From NCBI GenBank assembly GCA_030427805.1, contig JAUICP010000003.1, positions 131,758 to 195,757 of the forward strand: a stretch of 64,000 nucleotides of DNA, written 5' to 3'. Under the pieces are notes generated by a model. That model saw only the letters and a program-made list of their open reading frames with translations, ran no database searches and was not told the origin of the DNA. The stretch comes from Bdellovibrionia bacterium. GTDB lineage: Bacteria; Bdellovibrionota; Bdellovibrionia; Bdellovibrionales; JAGQZY01. Positions 46,187 through 57,099 of this stretch are shown piece after piece. The first letter of the stretch is position 1; each line of letters opens with the position of its first letter. The position numbers and the translations under genes were made by a program.

Positions 46187-48007
46187 ATGATGAATAGAGT
46201 CTACGCTCTTCAATTATCCAACTTCCATCCTTCAGCGACGCTTCCACAGGCGATTGGTAGCCTTTGGTCTTATATGTTTCAATTTGAGGCAATACGCGAT
46301 TCCTATAAGCTCGAGCGGGTTTTTTGGGAAAATGAGGATGCTGATCTCGTTTTGAAAGATATTAAAGATCCCCAAGTCCTGCTTTGCTCGTGCTATGTGT
46401 GGAACTGGAGTCGAACCCTCGAAGTGATGACCGAAGTAAAAAGGAAATACCCGAACTGCCTCATCATAGCCGGTGGACCTGAACCCGAGTATTCAGTGGA
46501 GTTCATGCAAGCTCATCCCATGATCGACATTCTTATACCCTACTACGGAGAAGAAAGCCTTAAACAAGTCTTAGTCAAGAATCTCTCCGAAAGAGATTTC
46601 AGTGAAATCGGTGGAATTATCACAAAGGACTTTTACAATCGCGAGCGGCTCGGCTTCGATCTCTCTGACATCGAAAGTCCCTACCTCAATGGATTTTACG
46701 ATAAACTCTTAGCACAAAAACGACCCGAGACTAAAAGTGTCAGAGTGGTCTACGAAAGTAATCGAGGCTGCCCCTTCAGTTGTACATTTTGTGACATTGG
46801 AGACTCGGCCTATACCAAGATACGAACTTTTGATCTCGACCGCTGTAAAAATGAACTTGAATGGATCGTGACTAATAATATTTCAACAATCGATGTTGCC
46901 GATGCTAACTTTGGAATGTTTCAACGGGACGAAGAACTCGTGGACTACCTCATCGAACTTAAGTGGAAGCACAACTGGAAGGGGCGATTTTTACCCACGT
47001 GGAGTAAAAAGAAAGGACAGAGAGTTCTTTCTATTGCTAAGAAAATTATAAAAAACGGATTGGATAGCGTCTTTGGATTGAGCTTGCAATCGATTCACCA
47101 AGATACGCTAAAAAATGTCAAAAGAACAAACGCCTTCGATCTAGAAGAACTCAGCACAATTGTTCAAGAAATGAACAAAGACAAGGTTAACGTATACACT
47201 GAGTTTATCTTTCCAATGCCGGGTGATACCTTAGAAATTTTTAAGAACAGTATTTACCAAGTTCTAGATATGGAACACCCTTTTAATAAGTTTCAAATTA
47301 ATCACTTAAGTCGATTTAACAACACTCAGATTGCCAGCCAAAATAGTCAAAGTGAATTTGAAATTGAATGGGTCGATATCAAAGGATTTACCAGACATTA
47401 TTACGGAAAGAACCTTAAAGATACCATAGCCGTATCAATGAAGGGAATGAGCCGAGAGGACGTCTTTGAAGGCCTGTTCTTTGCGAAGTGCTTTGTAATT
47501 CCTATTTACTTTTACGGCACCCTTCGCAAAATGATTGATGAGCTACTCGCCAAAGAAGGTATTGAACGAAGTGAATTTGTAAAGAAGCTCTACCAAAATA
47601 TTCACTCCCTTGAGAGTTTTAAAACGTTTAAGCAGCAGCAAAAAGATCACTATTTTGCTGCTATCGATAAAGGCGCGCAATTTGGACAGGTCCTCTCTGA
47701 AGATGCCAACGAGTTCTTTCCCGAGTTTGCCATTGCCCACCAGTATTATTTGAACAGCGACTTCTATGACTTCTTAAGGGCCGAATACACAGACTACCGC
47801 GAGCTGATCGACTTCTCTGAAAAGACTATATGGAGAAAAAACAGATTCTCTCTGACTTTTAAAATGTCTAAATACCTGAAGGGAACCTGGTCAATTAGCG
47901 ACGAACGCCAGGTCGATTTGAATAACTATTTACAGGAGGTTTATGTCAGTGGTCGTTTCGATGATCGTTGGCAAAGCCAATCGATAAGGAAAATAGAAGC
48001 ATGTTGA
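46187..48007 (+). CDS. B12-binding-domain radical SAM enzyme (class B), paralog A
   Basis: N-terminal Rossmann-like B12-domain pattern (VLLCSCYVWNW...LIIAGGPEP). NRGCPFSCTFCD (CX3CX2C). Confidence 0.8.
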   Translation: MMNRVYALQLSNFHPSATLPQAIGSLWSYMFQFEAIRDSYKLERVFWENEDADLVLKDIKDPQVLLCSCYVWNWSRTLEVMTEVKRKYPNCLIIAGGPEPEYSVEFMQAHPMIDILIPYYGEESLKQVLVKNLSERDFSEIGGIITKDFYNRERLGFDLSDIESPYLNGFYDKLLAQKRPETKSVRVVYESNRGCPFSCTFCDIGDSAYTKIRTFDLDRCKNELEWIVTNNISTIDVADANFGMFQRDEELVDYLIELKWKHNWKGRFLPTWSKKKGQRVLSIAKKIIKNGLDSVFGLSLQSIHQDTLKNVKRTNAFDLEELSTIVQEMNKDKVNVYTEFIFPMPGDTLEIFKNSIYQVLDMEHPFNKFQINHLSRFNNTQIASQNSQSEFEIEWVDIKGFTRHYYGKNLKDTIAVSMKGMSREDVFEGLFFAKCFVIPIYFYGTLRKMIDELLAKEGIERSEFVKKLYQNIHSLESFKTFKQQQKDHYFAAIDKGAQFGQVLSEDANEFFPEFAIAHQYYLNSDFYDFLRAEYTDYRELIDFSEKTIWRKNRFSLTFKMSKYLKGTWSISDERQVDLNNYLQEVYVSGRFDDRWQSQSIRKIEAC

Positions 48008-48741
48008 AAATTTTAGATCAAGCCTATTTAAACATGGATCCTTACCTCGACCTTGAAACCCTACCTGAGATTAGCCAGGCCGTTGCCGAAAGTTATGACT
48101 TAATTCAACAAAACTCCTGGCAGCGAGTCATCGATTTAACAGGAGAAACAGTGAATTGCACATGGAACTCAGAAAAAAGAGGGGCCCTCCCGGCTGATTC
48201 TACATTCGCACTCGAAGTCCAAGATCAACTTCTCGCACCCATGTGGATTTTAAATCTCACTGAAGACCGTAATGATCCAAAGATCAATTGTTACGATAGT
48301 CTAAAAACTCCCTCTCAAGAATGGGAAAACATTGTCTTCCGCAAGGATCTTAGCCCCTCGTGGAGGCCTTTTATTGAATGGGTGCAAAACATCAAAGTTT
48401 TTTCAACATTGGGCCGAGTGAGCATTATTATTGGCCGTCCGGGAGTTCCCGTTTTTTATCACCGTGACAGTGGCGAATACGATGAAAGCTTTAGCAGTCA
48501 CCCCCATCGGCAAGAATTTGTCTGGGTTCGCCTGAGTGAAGATAAGAGAATATTTATCCTCGATTCCGATTTCGAGCCCCATCAAATTGCATCGAAAACT
48601 GCATTTTTTAATCACCATAATTGGCACGGAAGCCACGAATCTTACCCGAAATGGACATTTAGCTGTAAAATTGAAGGAATTTTTACGGATGCTTTTAGAA
48701 GACAATCAGGACTCGATAGGAATCAATACTATGGAGAGTAA
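48001..48741 (+). CDS. HxD...H protein (cupin/Fe(II)-oxygenase-like), C1
   Basis: ATG 48001 overlaps the upstream stop (ATGTTGA). RPGVPVFYHRDSG...HNWHGS. Confidence 0.45.
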   Translation: MLKILDQAYLNMDPYLDLETLPEISQAVAESYDLIQQNSWQRVIDLTGETVNCTWNSEKRGALPADSTFALEVQDQLLAPMWILNLTEDRNDPKINCYDSLKTPSQEWENIVFRKDLSPSWRPFIEWVQNIKVFSTLGRVSIIIGRPGVPVFYHRDSGEYDESFSSHPHRQEFVWVRLSEDKRIFILDSDFEPHQIASKTAFFNHHNWHGSHESYPKWTFSCKIEGIFTDAFRRQSGLDRNQYYGE

Positions 48742-48747
48742 ATAAGA

Positions 48748-49749
48748 GTGATTCAACGAAATCAAGATCTGGAAAGAATCATTGGCTGGCACCTGGAGAT
48801 CACCAGACGCTGTGCTCTCGAATGTCCCGCCTGTCCAAGAACTTTTGAGCGCGAAGGCATCCCTGACCTTAATCAGGACTTGTCCTACGAAGATATTCTC
48901 AATTTCTTTAGAAAAGACCAACTCAAGTACTTAAAATATATTTTTCTTCAGGGAAACCTTGGAGACCCAATTTACCATCCAAAATTTCACGAAATTGCCG
49001 AGCACTTTTTTGGGGCACAACATCTTGCCATTTCAACAAATGGCATGAAAACAAAAAAGTTTTGGGAGAGAGTTATTCAAACTTGGCCAGAAAATTCGTT
49101 GGTCATGCTGAGTATTGATGGCTTAGAAGATACCAATCATCTTTATAGAGTTAAGTCGCGATGGAACCTCATTGAGGAGCTCTTCGATGTCATCGCGACC
49201 ACTAAGAGAAAATGTAAAATTGAGTGGAAATACATTCTATTCGAACACAATCATCAAGACGTAGAAAAGGCCCATGAACTCAGTAAAAAACTGGGCATTG
49301 ATTCTTTCCGTCTACAGAAAACCCGCCCTTTAACTGAACTCACGAATAAGGGTGGATTCTTAAAAGAGTTCGATGGTAACTATTTCAATTCCGATGAAAA
49401 GAAAAAGCCTCTAGACGAACTCGCTCCCTTTTGCAAAACCCTTGATATGCACTATGTTGATGCCACGGGAGCCTACTTCCCCTGCTGCTGGTGGCCCAGT
49501 CACTACAAGGACGAAGGGAACGAGGCCTGGGAAGAAAAGAGAATCCAAAGTTTCAATCTCGAAGAGGCCTATTCACATTTTAAAAAATTTACTCAATGCC
49601 TTAGTGACTATGAGAAGGCTCCAGAGGTTTGCAGAACCTTCTGCTCTAAATTTGCTGAAAACACAGAAGAACTACTAACTCCTAATTCCCAATTGAATCG
49701 AAAATACCTTGGGAATTCGAAAAAAGAATGGGAAATCAAGAAGGACTAA
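48748..49749 (+). CDS. Radical SAM enzyme with a C-terminal twitch/SPASM-like Cys module
   Basis: GTG start. RRCALECPAC (CX3CX2C). C-terminal C-x16-CC (with GAYFPC), then C-x10-C-x3-C. Confidence 0.75.
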   Translation: MIQRNQDLERIIGWHLEITRRCALECPACPRTFEREGIPDLNQDLSYEDILNFFRKDQLKYLKYIFLQGNLGDPIYHPKFHEIAEHFFGAQHLAISTNGMKTKKFWERVIQTWPENSLVMLSIDGLEDTNHLYRVKSRWNLIEELFDVIATTKRKCKIEWKYILFEHNHQDVEKAHELSKKLGIDSFRLQKTRPLTELTNKGGFLKEFDGNYFNSDEKKKPLDELAPFCKTLDMHYVDATGAYFPCCWWPSHYKDEGNEAWEEKRIQSFNLEEAYSHFKKFTQCLSDYEKAPEVCRTFCSKFAENTEELLTPNSQLNRKYLGNSKKEWEIKKD

Positions 49750-50998
49750 TATAGCCCTTGATCGCACTCTTTGCGGCAACAAAAGGAGAACTGAGGTAAA
49801 CCGAAGATTTTGGATTTCCCATTCGCCCTAGAAAGTTTCTATTAATTGTAGCAAGGCAGTTCTCTCCGCTACCAGTGACTCCCCCATGTACGCCATAACA
49901 CGCCTTACATCCCGGTGATTCAACCGCGATGCCCTTTTCTAAAAGTCCACTGATGTAACCCTTCTCGAGCATTTTCTTGTAAATAGACATGGTCGCTGGC
50001 ACGAGGATAACCCGAGTTCCATCTGCAGGTCGCTCATCACCGAGAGCGAGTACAAACTCTTCAATATCCTCAAATTTTCCACCCGTGCAGCTTCCGACAT
50101 AAACTTGATGAATAGGTATCTTTTCAATTTGTCCAACGGCCTTAACATTGTCAGGACGATGGGGCAAAGCGAGCATCGGCTCCAGTTGGTCCAACTGAAT
50201 CGTCATTTCTTTTGCGTACTGATAGTCCGGATCCGTCTTATACTCTTCATAGGACCCAACGCCTTGACCGTTCAAAAAGTCACGCGTGATTTGATTTAAC
50301 TCCATTATACTATTGGTTGCACCTGCCTCGACTGACATATTACACAAAGTCGATCGATCCGAAATCGACATATTCTCAAGGACGTCGCCCGTCCATTCAA
50401 TGGTACAACCCCGAGCTCCATCCAGCCCCAGCTTACCAACAACATTTAAAATAAGGTCTTTGACCCCGACCCCTTTTTTAAACTGGCCCTTTAGGTCAAT
50501 ACGAATGGTATCAGGCACGGTGAGCCAAGCTTGCCCCGAACCCAAGGCCACAGAGATATCAAAAACTCCTAGCCCTGATGCAAAACAGTTAAAGGCTCCA
50601 CAGGTTACTGTATGGGAGTCGCAGGCGACAAGAATTTCACCGGGGCGAGCCAATGCTTCTTCCATCATAATGATGTGACAAACCCCATAGTTTTTCCCGT
50701 AGGGATAATAATGGGTGATTTCTTGATCTCTAACAAATTGATCCATCAGCTGAACCATGTCCATGGCATCTACACTTTTTGCGGGCATCAAATGATCTTG
50801 AAAAAATGCAATTTTATTAGGATTAAAGACCTTCGCCCCTTCACCAAAACTTTCAATAAACTTATCGAGCAAGACTTTCATAACTGGCTCGTGGGCGTAA
50901 ACAAAATCCACATCGACTACGATATGCTCCCCGGCTTCGACATATTTGTTACCACTTTTTTTCGCCAAAATCTTTTGGCTCATACTCATCGGCTTCAT
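49736..50998 (-). CDS. Aconitase-family dehydratase large subunit (archaeal-type LeuC/HacA-like)
   Basis: 420 aa. [24 protein letters not shown] Fe-S ligand regions. Confidence 0.85.
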   Translation of the reverse strand: MKPMSMSQKILAKKSGNKYVEAGEHIVVDVDFVYAHEPVMKVLLDKFIESFGEGAKVFNPNKIAFFQDHLMPAKSVDAMDMVQLMDQFVRDQEITHYYPYGKNYGVCHIIMMEEALARPGEILVACDSHTVTCGAFNCFASGLGVFDISVALGSGQAWLTVPDTIRIDLKGQFKKGVGVKDLILNVVGKLGLDGARGCTIEWTGDVLENMSISDRSTLCNMSVEAGATNSIMELNQITRDFLNGQGVGSYEEYKTDPDYQYAKEMTIQLDQLEPMLALPHRPDNVKAVGQIEKIPIHQVYVGSCTGGKFEDIEEFVLALGDERPADGTRVILVPATMSIYKKMLEKGYISGLLEKGIAVESPGCKACYGVHGGVTGSGENCLATINRNFLGRMGNPKSSVYLSSPFVAAKSAIKGYISPS

Positions 50999-51513
50999 GG
51001 TCTTAGCGCCCCTTTCTGCCTAACATAGGAGCTGAGTCCCCCAGCAGAAAAAATCTCTTGTAAGGGGCCAAAGGACGGAACACTAAACTCCTGTCCGTTA
51101 ATGGTAATCTTAGAATCCGTCATTTCAAGCTTCGCATAATGTCTATGAATCGTTTCGTCAAAGTTATGATCCAATTGAATGGGAATAATACTACCCAGGT
51201 TTATGCAATTGCGAAAAAATATGCGGGCAAATGATCGCGCAACCACAACCTTAAGGCCTGCTGCTGCTAAAGCCATGGGAGCGGTCTCTCGACTTGAGCC
51301 ACAGCCAAAATCTCTTCCCGCGACAATAAAAGTAAAATCGCTACCCTTGCCATCACTTCGAACGAAGGGCTCAATCCCCTGATAATCTATTAAAGCGATT
51401 TGCGCCAAATCTTCGTCTCGATATATGGGGTCGTAGCGACCGGGGGCCATAACATCTGTGTTTACATAATCTCCACAGGAGTATACCAATCCCTCTACAT
51501 TAAATTCTTTCAT
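50995..51513 (-). CDS. Aconitase-family dehydratase small subunit (LeuD/HacB-like)
   Basis: 172 aa. [29 protein letters not shown]. Confidence 0.85.
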   Translation of the reverse strand: MKEFNVEGLVYSCGDYVNTDVMAPGRYDPIYRDEDLAQIALIDYQGIEPFVRSDGKGSDFTFIVAGRDFGCGSSRETAPMALAAAGLKVVVARSFARIFFRNCINLGSIIPIQLDHNFDETIHRHYAKLEMTDSKITINGQEFSVPSFGPLQEIFSAGGLSSYVRQKGALRP

Positions 51514-52672
51514 GGGAATTCCTCAAATCCTCGAGCCAGTTTATCAATTTCGCCTCAGTCGTGACTCGCTTCTCATTTTTAACTCGTTCTGCAAGCTTCG
51601 ATAAAAGAAGATCATCAAACTCTATTTGATTTCTCTCTAAAATACTTGCGATTTGTTTTTTGCCAGAGTTCGGGCCAATCTCAATCGTCTCTACTCTTCC
51701 GAGAAGTTCGGGCTCGTAGGGTAAAAACACTTTCTTATCTTCACCGTAATTTAATTCTTTAGCCTTCAGCAGGGCCGCTGCATGGGTTCCCGCCTGGGTG
51801 GCAAAACTATGTTCACCAATAACTGGAGTCCACGGTGTCATTTGAATCCCGAAAGCATCAATTAGAAACTCGCAATATCGACGGACTTCATGCAAGTCAA
51901 AGTTATGACCTGAGAACAGGTTAAGGTGGAGCATGATTTGCTCTAGGGGCAAATTTCCCGATCGTTCTCCAACACCAGTAAAAGTTCCGCTGACAATATT
52001 AACCCCAGACTCGATGGCTTGTAGGGTATTGGCTAAAGCTAAACCCAAATCATTATGTCCGTGCCACAGCAAAGGGTAATTCCCACCCAATTCACTTCTA
52101 AACTTACCGACCAGTGTTTGTACGTCAATGGGCCTGGCCACACCGAGAGTATCACAGAGGGCAACACTACTAAATTCATGGGCCCCTATAAGATTTAAGA
52201 GAAAATCGATTCGACTCCCACTGGCGCGGGTGATGTCTTCAAGGTTCAATGAAATATCAAATCCCGATGGATGAACCATTTCACAAAACCGCTTTAGATC
52301 CTCTGCGAAGAGTTTCTCCGTCCAGCCCTCAACCTTCCAGCGAACTTCACTTACCCCCCTAAAGGCAGCAATGCCGATGGAGGCCTTCGGAAATTGCTCT
52401 CTGACTTTTAAACAAAGGGAGGCATCTTCAGTATTAATTCTCGACAGCAACCAGGGTTTTATTTGGAGTTTTTCAGACTCTAAAAATCCAAGTAAAGAGA
52501 GAACTCTCTGATACTCACTAGTAGAAGCCGATGGAAATCCTAAAATAAAGTGGCCGACTCCACAGCGATCAGCGGCCAGAATCATCTTTTCGGCCTGTTT
52601 GGGACTCAACTGACGACTTGATATGGCTTGAAGCCCCTCCCTCAGGCTATCATCTTCGATTTCTATATTCAT
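51500..52672 (-). CDS. HMGL-like 2-oxoacid:acetyl-CoA condensing enzyme (homocitrate / isopropylmalate / citramalate synthase family)
   Basis: [12 protein letters not shown] (DTTLRDGEQ-like). [31 protein letters not shown] 52672 overlaps the aminotransferase stop (ATGA). Confidence 0.8.
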   Translation of the reverse strand: MNIEIEDDSLREGLQAISSRQLSPKQAEKMILAADRCGVGHFILGFPSASTSEYQRVLSLLGFLESEKLQIKPWLLSRINTEDASLCLKVREQFPKASIGIAAFRGVSEVRWKVEGWTEKLFAEDLKRFCEMVHPSGFDISLNLEDITRASGSRIDFLLNLIGAHEFSSVALCDTLGVARPIDVQTLVGKFRSELGGNYPLLWHGHNDLGLALANTLQAIESGVNIVSGTFTGVGERSGNLPLEQIMLHLNLFSGHNFDLHEVRRYCEFLIDAFGIQMTPWTPVIGEHSFATQAGTHAAALLKAKELNYGEDKKVFLPYEPELLGRVETIEIGPNSGKKQIASILERNQIEFDDLLLSKLAERVKNEKRVTTEAKLINWLEDLRNSHERI

Positions 52673-53655
52673 GGGGAGTTCTCCCAACCTCTATTTTTCG
52701 CCTTCTCCTCATTAAACAGTCGCGCCAATTTAAGAAGAGCTTCATTTTCTGACGGGCCTCCGGTTCCGATGCGAACCAGGTTAAAATAGCTAAAGTCCCC
52801 TAGGGTCACACCCTGAGAGGCACAAAAGCCTAAGAACGAGCGCGCCTCGGTCGGCGACTGAAACTTCAAACAAAAGAAATAGGTCGCAGAATCACAAACT
52901 TCAAATCCCAACTCAGACAATTGACTTTGCAAACGAATCTTCTCAACAAGCAGCTCATCTAAGAGCTTCATAACCCTAGACCGATTATTTATTAGAATTC
53001 GCGCACTTTCTAGGGCCGGAGTGCTCACCGGAAAGGGTCTGAAGTAGGGCTTTATCGTTTTCAAATTATGCTCATGGGTCAGTAAATAACCCACTCTCAT
53101 TCCCGACAAACCATAGGCTTTACTAAAGCTACGAATAATATAAGTGTTCTTTCGAGTTCGCAAAAGGCTGACTAAACTTTTATCGGGGCAGCATTCTATA
53201 TATGCCTCATCAACAATCAAAACTTTTTCGCCGCTTAACAACGTCGAATCCAGTGTCTGGCAGTGGCCCAATGGATTACTCGGACGACAAATTAACAGGG
53301 CATCCCCTTCTCCCCACCCGAGGACTTCAATGGCCTCATTTAAGTCGGAGTAGGCCTGAGTCTGTAAACCGTGTTTACGAGCAAAATATGAGAATCCGCT
53401 GTAAGACGGCTCTGGGATCAAAAGCCGCAATCCCTGTGCCCGAAGAAAACAAAAAAGAGTGTCGATGGCACCGTCGGCACCAGAACTTAAAAAAACACCT
53501 TCTGCCACTAAGCCATTCTGTTCTCTGATCAACTCTATCAAGCCTTGTCCTTGCCCCCTTTCATAGGAGGTCAGTCCGCCTAAGGAGCTCAGAAACTCGG
53601 TATAGAGTGTTTCTCGGTAAGGTACTTCATTGAGACTTAAATCAATCAGTTGCAA
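52669..53655 (-). CDS. Class I/II PLP aminotransferase (HisC/CobD-like)
   Basis: IVDEAY, IIRSFSKAYGLSGMRVGYL (PLP lysine), RIGTG. Confidence 0.8.
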   Translation of the reverse strand: MQLIDLSLNEVPYRETLYTEFLSSLGGLTSYERGQGQGLIELIREQNGLVAEGVFLSSGADGAIDTLFCFLRAQGLRLLIPEPSYSGFSYFARKHGLQTQAYSDLNEAIEVLGWGEGDALLICRPSNPLGHCQTLDSTLLSGEKVLIVDEAYIECCPDKSLVSLLRTRKNTYIIRSFSKAYGLSGMRVGYLLTHEHNLKTIKPYFRPFPVSTPALESARILINNRSRVMKLLDELLVEKIRLQSQLSELGFEVCDSATYFFCLKFQSPTEARSFLGFCASQGVTLGDFSYFNLVRIGTGGPSENEALLKLARLFNEEKAKNRGWENSP

Positions 53656-54545
53656 GATGAGTCCTTCAATTGTCTGAGCTCACAAAAAAGACGCCACATG
53701 GGAGGGCGATACAAGCCACAATCATCATACTGCATGTCTCCGGTTTGCAACCCAACTAGCTGACAGAGGCTCTCCAAAGCTTCTTCGGTCCAGTTAAAAT
53801 ATTGGTTATATTGCCAAATACGGTCGTAAAAATAAAAAGCATTATTTTTAAAGGCATCTTCCAAAGAGCCAGCGATCCAGCGGTGGGCCCGCCCCGCATC
53901 CTCTTGAAAAATCTTAAAGTAATTGTGAACGTGACTCCAAAAGCAGATCCCGTCATCGGCAAGGCATTCTTTGAGCTTACTCATATTTCGATATTGCTCG
54001 TCATAGGTATACCAATTCATGGGGCCAAAACAGATAATGACATCATATTTTTGCGGTGGCTCAAAATCTTGAATTCGACAAACGAAATCGGCTTTATCAA
54101 TATAGGGATCCACCCCTGTCACATTATTGAGATGCTCCTTATAGCCATTATAGCCACAACCCAAATCGAGAATACTCAAGTCGGGCTTTTCATTTTGCAT
54201 TTTCTTAATTCTTTCAATCAAATTCTTTCCACGCAATTGCCACTTGTGGTCGATGCTTTCTATTTTTTGACCTTGGTAGTCCTCTACGTCAATAAGACCT
54301 TTGTAAGTTCCGCTTTCACTCGTAAAATAATTTCGCGTGTACTGCCCATCAATTTCGTGGACCAAGTCTTCAATGGTTTCATGGGACCGTGAAAGTTTTA
54401 TGTCGTAAACATGGCCCCGAACTTCTACTTTAAAAGCCTCTTCCAAGGCTTTGTAAAAAGCCTCAGTAATGGGCAGCTGATTCATAGGACTTCGCGGCTC
54501 AACCGGCCAGGTTAAGATCTCTTCGACTTTATTGAAAATTTTCAT
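53646..54545 (-). CDS. Class I SAM-dependent methyltransferase
   Basis: ILDLGCGYNGY motif I, DVIICFGP. ATG 54545 avoids a 107-nt overlap with the upstream gene; the track start is 54665. Confidence 0.7.
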   Translation of the reverse strand: MKIFNKVEEILTWPVEPRSPMNQLPITEAFYKALEEAFKVEVRGHVYDIKLSRSHETIEDLVHEIDGQYTRNYFTSESGTYKGLIDVEDYQGQKIESIDHKWQLRGKNLIERIKKMQNEKPDLSILDLGCGYNGYKEHLNNVTGVDPYIDKADFVCRIQDFEPPQKYDVIICFGPMNWYTYDEQYRNMSKLKECLADDGICFWSHVHNYFKIFQEDAGRAHRWIAGSLEDAFKNNAFYFYDRIWQYNQYFNWTEEALESLCQLVGLQTGDMQYDDCGLYRPPMWRLFCELRQLKDSSCN

Positions 54546-54558
54546 ATTCAGGGGATTT

Positions 54559-56469
54559 CTATAGGTTTTCACTGCGAATTTCCTTAACGAAGCAACGGCG
54601 ACTCTTGCGACCATACCAGTAAATATTAAGAGCATGATCTCGATAGTCTTTAAATTTCTTACCAATAAATAAATAATGAGATGGACTCTGAACTAATTGG
54701 CTTTCTTTTGAAAAGTAGTCGTGCCAATTGTAATCATATCGATCTTTAATGATCTCTGTATCAGTCGGCTTTTCGAGAGAATTATAATTAAACCTCATCA
54801 AATCTTGCAGAAGCGAGCTTTTATTGTAAGCGAACTCATTGGATACAAACTCTATAAGATCTTGAGAGAACTCTTTGTAGTTTTTTATTGCAGCCATGGC
54901 CGAGGCTGCCTGGTCAGACCAATACATGTCGGTCTCACCAAAGACTTTTCTTCCCCAGGGTCGCAAGTTAAAGAGCGACTCTTTTAGGAGACGTGTCGAC
55001 TCTTCGTACTCACGTGCTAGAAAGCCTTGACTTGATTTCACGTAATCGAGAAGTGAAACAAAGAAATCACTACGACTGACGACTCCTTCTTTTCGCAGAT
55101 ACTCGACTAAGTAATAACTAAGGCCGTGGTAATAGTAGGCCCCGACAAGGGACTTTCCGTAATAGTAGGAATCGACCCAGTCCTCCGCAGGCATGGTGCT
55201 ACTTTCATAACAGATCTGTTCACGCTCTTCAGGAGACTCCGTGCCGAAACAAAATCCCTGGGCGGGACTTCGTGTGGTCGTATACTTTAAACCATGGGCT
55301 TTAATATAATCTTTATTTGAGAACGGTGTATTTGGAACTACGGAGAGAGGGTGAATGAGTAAACTACCTTTATAGCCTAATTCTAGAATACTGTTAATCC
55401 CGTCGATCCAGCTTTTCTTGGTTTCTTGAGGAAGTCCAAGAATCAATTCAATGTAGCTCTCATAGCCTTCATCAGAGTAGCGATCAATTTTATTCTGTAA
55501 TCCATCGTAATCGTTCCACCGACTAATGGCTTTTAACACGTCGGGATTGAAGCTTTGAAGTGAAATTGAAATCCCTCGTTTTAAGTCGTTGGCCACTAAA
55601 AGCTTTTGAATTTTTTCAACGTGCTTGGGTTGATTCTTCGCCGAAGTAAAATTAAAGCTTCTCGGGTAGGACGTCTCCCTACGCAAATGGCAAACATATT
55701 CAATAATTTCGATATCTCGTTCGAAGATACCAAAATTTGAATCAGCACATTCGATGTATTCGATTTGATGTTTCGAGGCCCAATCAAGCTCTGCCTTAAC
55801 ACGGTCCATGGCAAATTGTCGCAACTTTTGATAAAAGGAGTCCTGCATGTCACAAAAACTACAGGTGTAGGGACAACCACGATTTGTTTCTATGATAATA
55901 TTAAAACCCTTGTCTGGATTTTCTTTAATGATTGAATCAAAAAATCCAGAAAGGTAGGGACTGGGTATATCATCAATTTGCTTCTGGCTCTTCCGCTTAT
56001 TAAAGCTCTCTGAGTTTTTATGAATCAAACCTTCAATCTCAGGATCTTTGTCGTTCACATCTGAGTTTAAATGAATGAGGAGTTCGGCGAACTGCTCTTC
56101 TCCCTCAAAGCTTACTATATAATCCAGCCACGAATTTTCTTTTATAAAACTCGGCTCGTAAGGGACATGGGGGCCTCCCATAACCAAAATTGTATCTGGC
56201 CACCTCTTTTTGACCTCTATGGCAAAAGCTTTTGAAACCTCCCAGTTCCACACATAGGTACTGATACCCACAACCTTGGGGTCGTTCATTTGTTCTAAAT
56301 AAGAATCGACTTGCTCTCGAAAAATAAACAGTCCATCGAGATGATAGTTTTCGCTAATCTCAGGAAACTTTTCGGCATACCCCCAAATAAAACCAAGTGG
56401 CAGCGGCAGGAAGTATTTACCCGAAATCAGATTTTGAATTTGCATCAAATAGACGTTCTTCTTTGACAA
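54559..56469 (-). CDS. B12-binding-domain radical SAM enzyme (class B), paralog B
   Basis: TTG start after AAGGGG. VVGISTYVWNW...ILVMGGPHV. NRGCPYTCSFCD. Alignable by eye along its length with the 46187 protein. Confidence 0.8.
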   Translation of the reverse strand: MSKKNVYLMQIQNLISGKYFLPLPLGFIWGYAEKFPEISENYHLDGLFIFREQVDSYLEQMNDPKVVGISTYVWNWEVSKAFAIEVKKRWPDTILVMGGPHVPYEPSFIKENSWLDYIVSFEGEEQFAELLIHLNSDVNDKDPEIEGLIHKNSESFNKRKSQKQIDDIPSPYLSGFFDSIIKENPDKGFNIIIETNRGCPYTCSFCDMQDSFYQKLRQFAMDRVKAELDWASKHQIEYIECADSNFGIFERDIEIIEYVCHLRRETSYPRSFNFTSAKNQPKHVEKIQKLLVANDLKRGISISLQSFNPDVLKAISRWNDYDGLQNKIDRYSDEGYESYIELILGLPQETKKSWIDGINSILELGYKGSLLIHPLSVVPNTPFSNKDYIKAHGLKYTTTRSPAQGFCFGTESPEEREQICYESSTMPAEDWVDSYYYGKSLVGAYYYHGLSYYLVEYLRKEGVVSRSDFFVSLLDYVKSSQGFLAREYEESTRLLKESLFNLRPWGRKVFGETDMYWSDQAASAMAAIKNYKEFSQDLIEFVSNEFAYNKSSLLQDLMRFNYNSLEKPTDTEIIKDRYDYNWHDYFSKESQLVQSPSHYLFIGKKFKDYRDHALNIYWYGRKSRRCFVKEIRSENL

Positions 56470-56478
56470 ATCAGCCCC

Positions 56479-57096
56479 TTAAACTTTGCTTACTTTAATG
56501 TACTTGTTTTTTTCGTTTTGCTCCCAATCAATTAAAGAGCCATCAAGCCAACGAGTCTTTAAGTCGGCGTAGGAAATATCGCGCCACCAAATTGACAATA
56601 AACAACGGGAGCGATCGTCTTCGTTAATAACTCCGTGAATTTTTTGCGGGTTAAACATGACGGCCAAGTTTTCGCCTGTTTGCGGATTCATATCCGAATG
56701 ATAAAAACGAGAAACTTCTGATCCTCTATCAAAATTATCGTAGAATAAAATAGGTGAATCTTTAAAAGCCCCTATTACCGGAAAGTTAATTGCTACGGGT
56801 CGGTTTCGGTCAATATGGGGTGGCACTCCCGGAGGAGGTGTCCGAGTAAAAAGAACGTCGCCAAAATTAATCGGCTCTTTAAACAATTGATAAAGTTCCT
56901 GAAACCATTCCGTCCGTTTGAACGAGGTACATTCCGAACGAATCGTGTCATAGGACTCTTGAACTGTCCAACGCAATTTCCCGCAATCAAAGACGTACCA
57001 ATCTTCGGGAGCGATCTCATTGCGGACAAATTCCTGCAAATAGGCTTGATCAAATTTAATATTAGGAAGCGGAAAAAAGTAGTCTTCAGAGCTCAT
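56479..57096 (-). CDS. HxD...H protein (cupin/Fe(II)-oxygenase-like), C2
   Basis: PPPGVPPHIDRNRPVAINFPV...MFNPQKIHGVIN...RSRCLLSI. Confidence 0.45.
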   Translation of the reverse strand: MSSEDYFFPLPNIKFDQAYLQEFVRNEIAPEDWYVFDCGKLRWTVQESYDTIRSECTSFKRTEWFQELYQLFKEPINFGDVLFTRTPPPGVPPHIDRNRPVAINFPVIGAFKDSPILFYDNFDRGSEVSRFYHSDMNPQTGENLAVMFNPQKIHGVINEDDRSRCLLSIWWRDISYADLKTRWLDGSLIDWEQNEKNKYIKVSKV

Positions 57097-57099
57097 AGG

